Shown: piece after piece, positions 1-7,563 of the stretch
Layout: the number at the start of each line of letters is the position of its first letter
Position numbering within the stretch: the stretch's first letter is position 1
Origin: an uncultured Candidatus Saccharibacteria bacterium
GTDB lineage: Bacteria; Patescibacteriota; Saccharimonadia; Saccharimonadales; JACDBH01
NCBI GenBank assembly: GCA_964644965.1
Contig: CAZXYN010000004.1
Span: 6,190-70,189 of the forward strand
Direction of reading: 5' to 3'
Length of the DNA: 64,000 bases
Position numbers and translations under genes: made by a program
Notes under the pieces: model-generated
What the model was told of the DNA's origin: nothing
The model's input: the letters and a program-made list of their open reading frames with translations, nothing else
Database searches by the model: none

Positions 1-332
1 CACGCAGATGTACCACCAATAACCCACATTTTGTTGTCGAAGACAACTGATGTGTGACCCTGGCGGCCAGACCAAGGAGCATAGAAAGTTGGATCCGGCT
101 CTGGTCCTCCGTCATCTATACTCCCAGCAAGCTGCGTCCAATCCACGCCGTTCTGAGGAGTGGTTGCCGGATCCCAGTTAACGGTGGGCTGAGTAGGCTG
201 GCCAGATATGTTGAGGTTGAGTGGGTTCGATGGGGCGGCGTTGGCGGCAGGCACTACCAGTGATGAGAATAAAAATACTGACGTCAGCAGGAATACTACG
301 TACTTGTTCCTAAGCGAGAAGTGGTGCTTCAC
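1..332 (-). CDS. Secreted Kelch-repeat protein, N-terminal part only (the gene runs off the window start)
   Basis: This is not in the ORF track because no stop falls inside the window. The minus frame from GTG at 332..330 reads (M)KHHFSLRNKYVVFLLTSVFLFSSLVVPAANA, a signal peptide, and continues to ...GRQGHTSVVFDNKMWVIGGTSA, a Kelch-blade-like motif. The frame stays open to position 1. Confidence 0.5.
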   Translation of the reverse strand, partial: MKHHFSLRNKYVVFLLTSVFLFSSLVVPAANAAPSNPLNLNISGQPTQPTVNWDPATTPQNGVDWTQLAGSIDDGGPEPDPTFYAPWSGRQGHTSVVFDNKMWVIGGTSA

Positions 333-437
333 GTTTTACCTTTTGCCAAAACCTTTGTTTTAGAATAATGAGCTTAATTGCTTACGCTTATTAGGTACAA
401 ATTAAACCACAATCATAAATATGTCAAGGTCTAACAC

Positions 438-548
438 CTACAGGCTCTGTACGAAATCCTGGCCAATACTGCTGCGCACAAACACTACCAACGCGACAGA
501 CAAGACCAGCAAAGTCAGCAAAAGTACAAACTTCTTGCGTTCAGACAT
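438..548 (-). CDS. 36-aa single-pass membrane peptide, translationally coupled to the sortase
   Basis: I translated this myself as MSERKKFVLLLTLLVLSVALVVFVRSSIGQDFVQSL. Its ATG overlaps the sortase stop (TAATG). It is below the ORF-track size cutoff. Confidence 0.3.
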   Translation of the reverse strand: MSERKKFVLLLTLLVLSVALVVFVRSSIGQDFVQSL

Positions 549-1132
549 TATTCGACACCCTCCAGGTTAGCCACAATCACCAGCCGCTGCTTTATTGACC
601 ATAGCGGATGGCAAGTATACAGCGTCAGCCGTTTGTCATCACTCGGGTCTTCTATATACACGTCCTCGGGATTGACAATTTTGGTCTCGGTAACCTTGTA
701 GTTATATAGTTTGCCGTCGTAAACCATGATAACCGGATCGCCCGGGCTCACCTTGTCCAAATGATAAAACACCGCCGGATCCTTATAGGTAAACCTGTGT
801 CCAGCCAGAACCGTGTTGCTGCCTTTGTCCGGGGTACTGCTGCGAGGAATATGCCAGACACCTTTGTTGATTAGCTTCTCGTTGTCGCCAAACCAGATTT
901 TTTCATCCAGATTGATTTTTGGTATAACGACATGGTCAAGATCACGGCTGATAGCCGCTCTATCTTCGGGAGTGTCAAGCTTTTGCGGTTCGGAAAACAC
1001 CTGGCCGGCATAAAAAGTAACCTGCGGCAAAAACGGCGTAATGATTACATAGGCATTGAGCAGAATAATGGCAATTAGCATCAGACGGTTTATCACCCGT
1101 ATGTGCCTGTCAAACCAACTCTTTTTAATCAC
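548..1132 (-). CDS. Sortase (cysteine transpeptidase)
   Basis: The protein has an N-terminal TM anchor, a VLAGHR motif (catalytic His) and an LTLYTCHP motif (the TLxTC catalytic Cys signature). Confidence 0.85.
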   Translation of the reverse strand: MIKKSWFDRHIRVINRLMLIAIILLNAYVIITPFLPQVTFYAGQVFSEPQKLDTPEDRAAISRDLDHVVIPKINLDEKIWFGDNEKLINKGVWHIPRSSTPDKGSNTVLAGHRFTYKDPAVFYHLDKVSPGDPVIMVYDGKLYNYKVTETKIVNPEDVYIEDPSDDKRLTLYTCHPLWSIKQRLVIVANLEGVE

Positions 1133-1151
1133 ACCATGTATTGTACTGTAC

Positions 1152-1664
1152 TTAGGCTGAAATTATCATGATCATTGCCATAACCAACATGGCAAAATCT
1201 TCGACAAAGCTGATTTTGCTAAGCGGCAGGCGGATGACCGTACCTAGACAAGCGCATTTCATGACCGATTTGCGCCGCAGCTCCTTGATAACACCAATAC
1301 TTGCAGTTGCCGTAATCAGAATCGTCGCAATATTGAGCCAGATATTGTTGCCCAGCAACAGATAACCCACACCAATTGCCAGCTCGACAAAAGGGAACAC
1401 CCAACCCCAGAACCTAAAACGTTTGGCGATAATGTCATAGCCACGGTATGTCAGCACAAACATCTCCAGGTTTACAAGTTTGAACACACCAAAGGTTATA
1501 AAAAACACGCCCATAAAATGAGCCATGAACCCCATGATGTTCCAATCACGCAAGTACGCAAGCCCCAGGCTGGCTAGCAAGATACTGGCGAGAACAGCCG
1601 CAAACTTTAGGTATTCGCGCGGCGATTCCATTGGCTCTATGTGGTTGTGATGATCGTGGTTCAT
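1152..1664 (-). CDS. MauE/DoxX-like polytopic membrane protein with a His-rich N-terminus
   Basis: The likely start is the internal ATG at 1664 (MNHDHHNHIEPMES...), 1 nt after the regulator's stop; the ORF-track start at 1721 would overlap the upstream gene. The protein has 4-5 TM segments and a KCACLG motif resembling the CGCFG motif of the MauE family. Confidence 0.6.
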   Translation of the reverse strand: MNHDHHNHIEPMESPREYLKFAAVLASILLASLGLAYLRDWNIMGFMAHFMGVFFITFGVFKLVNLEMFVLTYRGYDIIAKRFRFWGWVFPFVELAIGVGYLLLGNNIWLNIATILITATASIGVIKELRRKSVMKCACLGTVIRLPLSKISFVEDFAMLVMAMIMIISA

Positions 1665-1665
1665 G

Positions 1666-1956
1666 CTACTTGCCCCGGATGTTATGTAGGTCATACAGTG
1701 CCAGCAATTCTTTCTGAGCACGCTCCTGACGCTTTGTTACGCCAGATTCCATATCAGCCTTTATGTGCGTATTGATGTGGTGGTCTATGACCAGCTTGTT
1801 CAAGCTAGCCACTGCACGCTGAATAGCCAGATTCTGGGTCAGTATATCCATGCAGTAGGCATCTTCGGCGATCATCTTCTGCAAACCCTCGATTTGACCG
1901 GCAATAATTTTGCTACGATGCCGCACACGCTGATGATAATTATATTTCACCCCCAT
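1666..1956 (-). CDS. CsoR/RcnR-family (DUF156) metal-sensing transcriptional repressor
   Basis: This 96-aa protein contains ...SKIIAGQIEGLQKMIAEDAYCMDILTQNLAIQRAV...VIDHHINTHI. The ligand positions are C35, H60 and H64, which is the RcnR-type pattern (His rather than Cys at position 64). Confidence 0.85.
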   Translation of the reverse strand: MGVKYNYHQRVRHRSKIIAGQIEGLQKMIAEDAYCMDILTQNLAIQRAVASLNKLVIDHHINTHIKADMESGVTKRQERAQKELLALYDLHNIRGK

Positions 1957-1960
1957 ATCT

Positions 1961-1979
1961 TATACCCCCAGGGGGTATA
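1961..1979. promoter_or_regulatory. Perfect 19-bp palindrome TATACCCCCAGGGGGTATA, the likely CsoR/RcnR operator
   Basis: It lies 4 nt upstream of the regulator's ATG. A G/C tract flanked by an AT-rich inverted repeat is the known operator architecture of this family. Confidence 0.7.
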
Positions 1980-2048
1980 AGGCAAATGTCCTAAGATCGG
2001 TGTCGTCACTAACTTTTGCTTGCAAGCCTTTAGAAAATTGCAAGCCGA

Positions 2049-3101
2049 CTACACACTCAAGTGAGCTAGAAGTTCGTCGGTGGACTGGCAGTTCATGAGG
2101 ATTTCGCGCAGTTCTTTGGCACCGTCAAAGCCGCTAATGTAGATTTTGCAGAATTTGTTGAGCGTATGAATTGGCCGCTCGCCCTGCTCCCAGGTATCAG
2201 CGAACAACTGCACATGTTTGCGGTAGAGCGCAACCTTGTCCTCTTTTGGAACCGTTTCCCACGGAGACTCCAGTGCAAACACATACGGGTCATGAAACAC
2301 ACCGCGGCCAATCATAATACCGTCCAGATTATACTTACTGACTAGCTCCTCACCCTGATGCCGGGTCAGCACATCACCGTTGCCGATGATTTTGGTACGT
2401 GGCGAGATACGATCACGAAGTTTGACGACTTCGGGTGCCAGCTCCCAGTGTGCAGGCACCTTGCTCATTTCCTTACGCGTCCGCCAGTGCAGTGTCAGCA
2501 TATCTAGTTCATGCTCCAGCAGGAATTCAATCCAACCCAAATCAATCTCGCTGAATCCAATACGGGTTTTGACAGACACCGGCATCCGCTGGACAGCGGA
2601 CTCTGCTCCACGGATCGTGGCTTCGATAATCTCCTTGGCCAGCGGGCGATTCTGGATTAACGCACTGCAAGCACCGTTCTTGACTTCACTCTTTGCTGGA
2701 CAACCCATATTCAGATCAATCCCAACGAACCCGCACACACACCGTCCTGCCTGTTTTCTGGCAGAGCTCGAGCTGTGATGCACGGGACAACTCGGGAGCC
2801 CAAGTTCTTTTTGTATTGTACCGTCGGCAATCTGCCGAGCGATTGCTTCAAAGTTCTCTGGTTTCAGCCCCCACAGCTGAGCAATCAGCGGACCTTCTGT
2901 TGCAACAAACTGCAGTTTTTTCATAAGCTTTGGGCGACCGGGCGACATCAGGCCGTCAACATTTACAAATTCCGTAAAATAAATGTCGGGCCCTTCGTCT
3001 GAGTGATTATAAAGATCATGGATAATTTGGCGGAAAACCGTATCCGTCACATCATCCATCGGCGCCAATATAAACAGAGTTTCTTGCGTTCTATCAGGCA
3101 T
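2049..3101 (-). CDS. dus: tRNA-dihydrouridine synthase (Dus family)
   Basis: Motifs are LAPMDDVTDTVFRQI and GIDLNMGCPAK (catalytic Cys region), with a TIM-barrel flavoenzyme pattern. An unusual Ser/Cys-rich insertion sits just before the GCP motif. Confidence 0.85.
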   Translation of the reverse strand: MPDRTQETLFILAPMDDVTDTVFRQIIHDLYNHSDEGPDIYFTEFVNVDGLMSPGRPKLMKKLQFVATEGPLIAQLWGLKPENFEAIARQIADGTIQKELGLPSCPVHHSSSSARKQAGRCVCGFVGIDLNMGCPAKSEVKNGACSALIQNRPLAKEIIEATIRGAESAVQRMPVSVKTRIGFSEIDLGWIEFLLEHELDMLTLHWRTRKEMSKVPAHWELAPEVVKLRDRISPRTKIIGNGDVLTRHQGEELVSKYNLDGIMIGRGVFHDPYVFALESPWETVPKEDKVALYRKHVQLFADTWEQGERPIHTLNKFCKIYISGFDGAKELREILMNCQSTDELLAHLSV

Positions 3102-3103
3102 AC

Positions 3104-3952
3104 TTACTGTCGCATGTCATCCTGAATTTGGAGCATATCGCCAAGTGGAACTTTTAGAGTAATCACATCTGTACTAGGTTCAAGTTCTGGATAAACTTGA
3201 AACAAAACCTCGTGACGAGGCTGCCATGTACTGATTCTATAGTCTTGTTCGTCGGAAGCAGCCGTAAGTGCAGTAACGCCTTCGTACGAACGCAGAACTT
3301 CTGGATTATTAGAAGCATAGGAGCCAAACGAAACAAGCTGCCTCCCTGCATCAGGGGCAATGCTTTCGATTCTAGCGCTCAGGCCTTGCGGTGTTTTACG
3401 ACCAGGCCCAGTGAGATTTCTGTAATCATGGTCGTAGGGCTCTTCTAGACACGCACCTAGGTCGGCAATTGCATCTGCGGCATAAACTACACTACCAGGG
3501 TTGAATTCTGTACCATCATTAATACTAGCTATCACGTCGCTAATTACTGCTTTACGCCCTTTAGCAACAGCCAGGAATAAAGCTGTTACTTTTTCTGCTG
3601 ATTCAGCAATATGTAGCTTTTTTCTTTCAGTTTTGTCTATAGCATCTCGCTCAGCTTGTTTTCTTGCTTCTATTAGCTCACGAATAGCTTCGCGGCCTAT
3701 GGCTTTTTCTGTAGGATAGACTGGTTTTACTGGATTTTTTTGAGTATAAGCCTCTACCCCACTCTTGGTAGCAGGAAAAGTGTAATAGCCTAGCAAATCG
3801 TCAAGAAAGGGCCTGTGGTAACGCTTTGCACGCCAATCCATAAGATTTAGCACTGCGTCAGTATTTATAACTGGTAGTGTCTCTGGCGTAGGAACATCGT
3901 GTCGAAACTTACCTAGAGAACCTTCGCTTGGCTTATAGTTACGTCTAGACAT
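3104..3952 (-). CDS. Hypothetical protein (282 aa)
   Basis: This is a long ORF tightly packed against its neighbours (3-nt gaps). I recognise no motif. Confidence 0.6.
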   Translation of the reverse strand: MSRRNYKPSEGSLGKFRHDVPTPETLPVINTDAVLNLMDWRAKRYHRPFLDDLLGYYTFPATKSGVEAYTQKNPVKPVYPTEKAIGREAIRELIEARKQAERDAIDKTERKKLHIAESAEKVTALFLAVAKGRKAVISDVIASINDGTEFNPGSVVYAADAIADLGACLEEPYDHDYRNLTGPGRKTPQGLSARIESIAPDAGRQLVSFGSYASNNPEVLRSYEGVTALTAASDEQDYRISTWQPRHEVLFQVYPELEPSTDVITLKVPLGDMLQIQDDMRQ

Positions 3953-3955
3953 AGT

Positions 3956-4246
3956 CTAGTAGCCTTTTGTGTAGCCTTTACCAGACTTGCTTATTCCCAT
4001 GTGCGCACAGCCGCCAGCTATACCACAATCTCCACAAATTGCAGGTGGGGTGGTAGATTCTTTTGGCTCCTCTGCGTAGTTAACGGCTGGAGTAGCGTCA
4101 GTAGGTTCATCGTGTTGTATTTCTGAATGAAAAAAATCAGGCTGTTCAGTATCCTTGCCTGAATAGGCAGGCTGATTACCGTGACCAGGACTATAGTTTG
4201 GAACTATGTCGCCTTCTGGTGTTTCTAAGAAGTTTGGATTTGTCAT
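3956..4246 (-). CDS. Hypothetical acidic protein with a C-terminal Cys cluster (96 aa)
   Basis: The ORF is preceded by a near-consensus promoter. The C-terminus reads ICGDCGIAGGCAH. Confidence 0.5.
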   Translation of the reverse strand: MTNPNFLETPEGDIVPNYSPGHGNQPAYSGKDTEQPDFFHSEIQHDEPTDATPAVNYAEEPKESTTPPAICGDCGIAGGCAHMGISKSGKGYTKGY

Positions 4247-4252
4247 AACTCC

Positions 4253-4281
4253 ATTATATCACACTTATGCTAATTTGTCCA
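4253..4281 (-). promoter_or_regulatory. Sigma70-type promoter TGGACA-17-TATAAT, only 6 nt from the ATG (leaderless mRNA predicted)
   Basis: The minus strand reads TGGACAaattagcataagtgtgaTATAATggagttATG. Confidence 0.6.
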
Positions 4282-4310
4282 CATCTTGAGACAGCCACCC
4301 CTGTCATAAC

Positions 4311-4376
4311 AAAAACTTGCAAAAACCACCCCTGTAAAAGGCCAGGCCTTTTACAGATAGGTTGTTTGCAATTTTT
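4311..4376. repeat. REP-like extended palindrome (core CTGTAAAAGGCCAGGCCTTTTACAG at 4332-4356)
   Basis: The same core recurs at 49513, 50195 and 51524. The flanks AAAAACTTGCAAAAACC and GGTTGTTTGCAATTTTT are also inverted. It lies just downstream of the 969-aa gene. Confidence 0.8.
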
Positions 4377-4397
4377 GCTCGTGCCGTGATTAATCTG

Positions 4398-7307
4398 TTA
4401 GGTTGCTCGGTATACCCGCGTCCGAGTCACTCGCCAGACGCAAATACTGACGACGATTAGGGTGCTGGCAGCAAGGATATATGGAGTGAGTGAAGTACCC
4501 GTATCAGCAAGGCTACTGCTGCCTAAGACAGCTAAGCCCACTGGATCTTTAATCTGACCGGTCACGGGGTCAAGGTCAAGACTGCCGTTGTCAGTGATTA
4601 CGTAGGTCAGCCTCAGAGCTGGCTGGCCAGCGTAGGTGGTCTGAGTAATAGTGGCACCCGTGATATCAGAATAAGTGCTCTCTATAGGGTTGTACTTTCT
4701 AGCTTTGACTTCGTCTGGCTCCAGGTTGGTCATAAAAGTCAGGCTGACTTCGTTATCAGTTTCCGTGGTAGTAAAGCAGAAATCTACCAGACCAAGGGGG
4801 TAGTGATAGGCGCTGTCTTGAGTAGTAAGGCTGCTTTCCTTAGCGGTGGATGAGCAGTTAATTTCAGTGCCTGCGGGAGTTTCTAGCCGGATGGGTTTGC
4901 CGTTTTCCGAGCTTGCGAGGCTGGCGGTGTTAGGATCCTGCTCTGGGTCAGGAATAGGTATGGTTGTACCGGGTAAAGTACCAGTGTATATGGCGATATT
5001 ATTGATGGGCAGAGCAAAGATGTCGCCAATGTCGTAAAAAGCATCTTCAATGGTAGCCATGTCATTTTCAGGATAAGTAACCACGAGTGCCCGGATGGTG
5101 GTCTGCTCATCAACCGGACCGTTCACGGCGAATGGTAGGGTCAATGGGTAACTCTCTCCCGGAGAAAGGTCTGGTATGAGCATGCTGCAGTAATACCCTA
5201 CCCCCAAATGATAGGCAAAGGCGGGCATGCCCCCTAATTCTCCTGTGTAATCATAACAGGCGTAGGTTTCTCCGTCGCTATACATTCCGTTATCTTCGTC
5301 ATAGGGAACAGCCAGTTCCATACTGTCAGGGACAACTATAATAAGTTCGACGCTATCTTCCTCATAGTTAATGTCATTACTAACGTTGGTGGTCGTAAAT
5401 GTGTATCTGGCTTCCTGACCCTGTATGAGACCTGGAGGTGCTAGGGTGATGCCCAGGCCAAGGTCAACTGATTCGGGACATGTGCCGGTGGTAAATGTAG
5501 CATCACTGCCATAGCCCGTACCAAGACCATTTGAGGCATAGGCTCGGTAATGATAGGTTGTTTCACAGCCTAGCCCATTTAAGGAGACGAGCTGAATACC
5601 CTGCTCATAGCTGTCAGCATCATAATTACCCCAGGTGTAATCCGTATTCGCGCCAAACTGCACACCGGCAGATGACAACGTGCCACCTGAGTCTATAATA
5701 TCGATCTCGACAATAGCTGATTTATCAGATATTGTAACGACGCCACCGGTGACCACCTGCGGCAAACTACAGCCGTGGCCGCTATCATTGATCGTCCAGT
5801 TGTATGTATCGATAATGTATTGGCGCTGAACAGCACTAGTGCAGTAGGCTTTGCCATATGCGTCAAGTCTAACGCCGTTTTGGAGGTTTTGTTCTGACCA
5901 ACCGTCTAGAATAGCATCATACGTTTCAGAACTTATGCCAGAGTCACCGAGCATGTATGATGCATCTGTAACACTAGTCATATCCCAATCAGATATATCC
6001 TGATTGAATGAATAGGCACTCTCGAACGTTCTACTCATGCTGGTCACACTACTAACGTCCCAGCTGGAAATGTCTTGGTTAAAATCTGTTGTTTCCCTGA
6101 ACATGCTTGTTATATTAGTCACACTACTAACGTCCCAACTGGAAATGTCTTGGTTAAATGGAGAACGTTCGAACATTCCGTCCATAAGAGTCGCACTGCT
6201 GACATCCCAACCGGAAATGTCTTGGTTAAAAGCGTTGTTGCGCCTAAACATCCACCTAAATGTCGTGACATTGCTAACATCCCAATCAGAGATGTCCTGA
6301 TCAAAGACCAAGGCACTGTTAAACATATGTGCCATGCTGGTTACGCTACCGACCTCCCATTTGGAAATGTCTTGATTAAATGAATCTGCTACCTCAAACA
6401 TGGATGACATATTTGTAACAGCTGACGTGTCCCACTCGTCAAGTGGCTGGTTAAAGCTGGCAGCTCCTTGAAACATGCCAGACATATTCTTAACCTCAGA
6501 CACATTCCAATCATTAAGCGGCTGGTTGAAGCTAGTTGCATACACGAACATTTGTGACATACTCGTCACTGCCGACACGTCCCACTCGTCAAGTGGCTGG
6601 TTGAACGAATCAGCACCATCGAACATTCGGTTCATAGATGTAACTTTGCTGACATCCCAGCCGTTGAGCGAATAATTGAAGGAGTCGGCTTCTCTAAACA
6701 TAAAACCCATGCTTGTGACGTTACTAACATCCCAGTCGGAAATGTCTTGATTGAATGACCGTGCAAGCGTGAACATAGCATACAGATCAGTAACGTTACT
6801 TAGATCAGGATTATCAGAGGCGGTTAGCTGCATGTTGGCGGCTCCGAAGAATGCCTTGTGCATAGTTGTCCACTGAGTGTCACCCCATTGCTGAACCTCC
6901 AGAAGCTTGAGTTTGTCATGATCGTCGTTGAAGTAAACGCGGCGGAATGTGCCGTCTATAACCACGCTGTAGGTGCCGGGCGAGTCGTAGCTGCAAGTGT
7001 AATTACCTGTCCGGCCGGTGGCTTCAAACACACCATCGTTATTACAGTCGACACTGTAATTGTAGCCGGCACCGGTCGTCGGGATCATAAACTGGTTGTT
7101 AGCGCTGCTGCCGGCATTATCGGTCTTTACCAACATTACAAATACATCGTTACCGTGCGGGCCGTTGTAAGGACCGGAGGCGTAGGTTAGACCTCCCACC
7201 AGCGTATATAATAAAGCAGCACCAATAACCGACAAACCAAGTAATATCTTGGTACGAGATAGCCGTTTGGTTTTGGCTTTTTGTACTTTTGTATTGAACA
7301 GCTTCAT
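4398..7307 (-). CDS. BspA/DUF285-type leucine-rich-repeat surface protein with a LADTG sortase sorting signal
   Basis: It has an N-terminal signal/TM segment and about 11 repeats of the form FNQDISxWDVSxVTxMxxMF. The C-terminus is LADTG followed by a hydrophobic stretch and an RVTRTRVYRAT tail. Confidence 0.85.
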   Translation of the reverse strand: MKLFNTKVQKAKTKRLSRTKILLGLSVIGAALLYTLVGGLTYASGPYNGPHGNDVFVMLVKTDNAGSSANNQFMIPTTGAGYNYSVDCNNDGVFEATGRTGNYTCSYDSPGTYSVVIDGTFRRVYFNDDHDKLKLLEVQQWGDTQWTTMHKAFFGAANMQLTASDNPDLSNVTDLYAMFTLARSFNQDISDWDVSNVTSMGFMFREADSFNYSLNGWDVSKVTSMNRMFDGADSFNQPLDEWDVSAVTSMSQMFVYATSFNQPLNDWNVSEVKNMSGMFQGAASFNQPLDEWDTSAVTNMSSMFEVADSFNQDISKWEVGSVTSMAHMFNSALVFDQDISDWDVSNVTTFRWMFRRNNAFNQDISGWDVSSATLMDGMFERSPFNQDISSWDVSSVTNITSMFRETTDFNQDISSWDVSSVTSMSRTFESAYSFNQDISDWDMTSVTDASYMLGDSGISSETYDAILDGWSEQNLQNGVRLDAYGKAYCTSAVQRQYIIDTYNWTINDSGHGCSLPQVVTGGVVTISDKSAIVEIDIIDSGGTLSSAGVQFGANTDYTWGNYDADSYEQGIQLVSLNGLGCETTYHYRAYASNGLGTGYGSDATFTTGTCPESVDLGLGITLAPPGLIQGQEARYTFTTTNVSNDINYEEDSVELIIVVPDSMELAVPYDEDNGMYSDGETYACYDYTGELGGMPAFAYHLGVGYYCSMLIPDLSPGESYPLTLPFAVNGPVDEQTTIRALVVTYPENDMATIEDAFYDIGDIFALPINNIAIYTGTLPGTTIPIPDPEQDPNTASLASSENGKPIRLETPAGTEINCSSTAKESSLTTQDSAYHYPLGLVDFCFTTTETDNEVSLTFMTNLEPDEVKARKYNPIESTYSDITGATITQTTYAGQPALRLTYVITDNGSLDLDPVTGQIKDPVGLAVLGSSSLADTGTSLTPYILAASTLIVVSICVWRVTRTRVYRAT
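5935..6830 (-). repeat. About 11 tandem repeats of roughly 75 bp encoding the DUF285/LRR units
   Basis: The repeated DNA phrase gtcccaxxxggaaatgtcttggttaaa and the corresponding protein repeats are both visible. The boundaries are approximate. Confidence 0.7.
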
Positions 7308-7473
7308 AAGATACTGCTTTTGTTTTCCCTATCTTTGTCTCTTGAAAAGTTCGGACTGGAGAAGTTTCCAATCTTTGGCTTCTATAATCCACCTAAATAT
7401 ATACGAAAACGCTTATGATTGCAAATACGGCAACTGCAACTCAGGGGAGAGCAGCCGCGCCTGCAAAGAGCGA

Positions 7474-7557
7474 GTACTCACGTGCAAGAGGGTAAGCAAG
7501 CGCCACGGGCTGAGCTTAAAGAGCTCACCCGTAAAGCGCCCTCTTGCACGTGAGTAC
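7474..7557. terminator. Long hairpin (19-bp perfect stem GTACTCACGTGCAAGAGGG, 46-nt structured loop), possibly the terminator of the ABC operon
   Basis: The arms at 7474-7492 and 7539-7557 are exact reverse complements, and the loop contains a second imperfect hairpin. It starts 7 nt after the permease stop. There is no clear U-tract. Confidence 0.35.
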
Positions 7558-7563
7558 GAGCGG

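Noticed and set aside
54-263. A plus-strand 69-aa ORF at the window start.
   Set aside because: It lies antisense to a better-supported minus-strand frame with a signal peptide and a Kelch-like motif that is open to the window edge.
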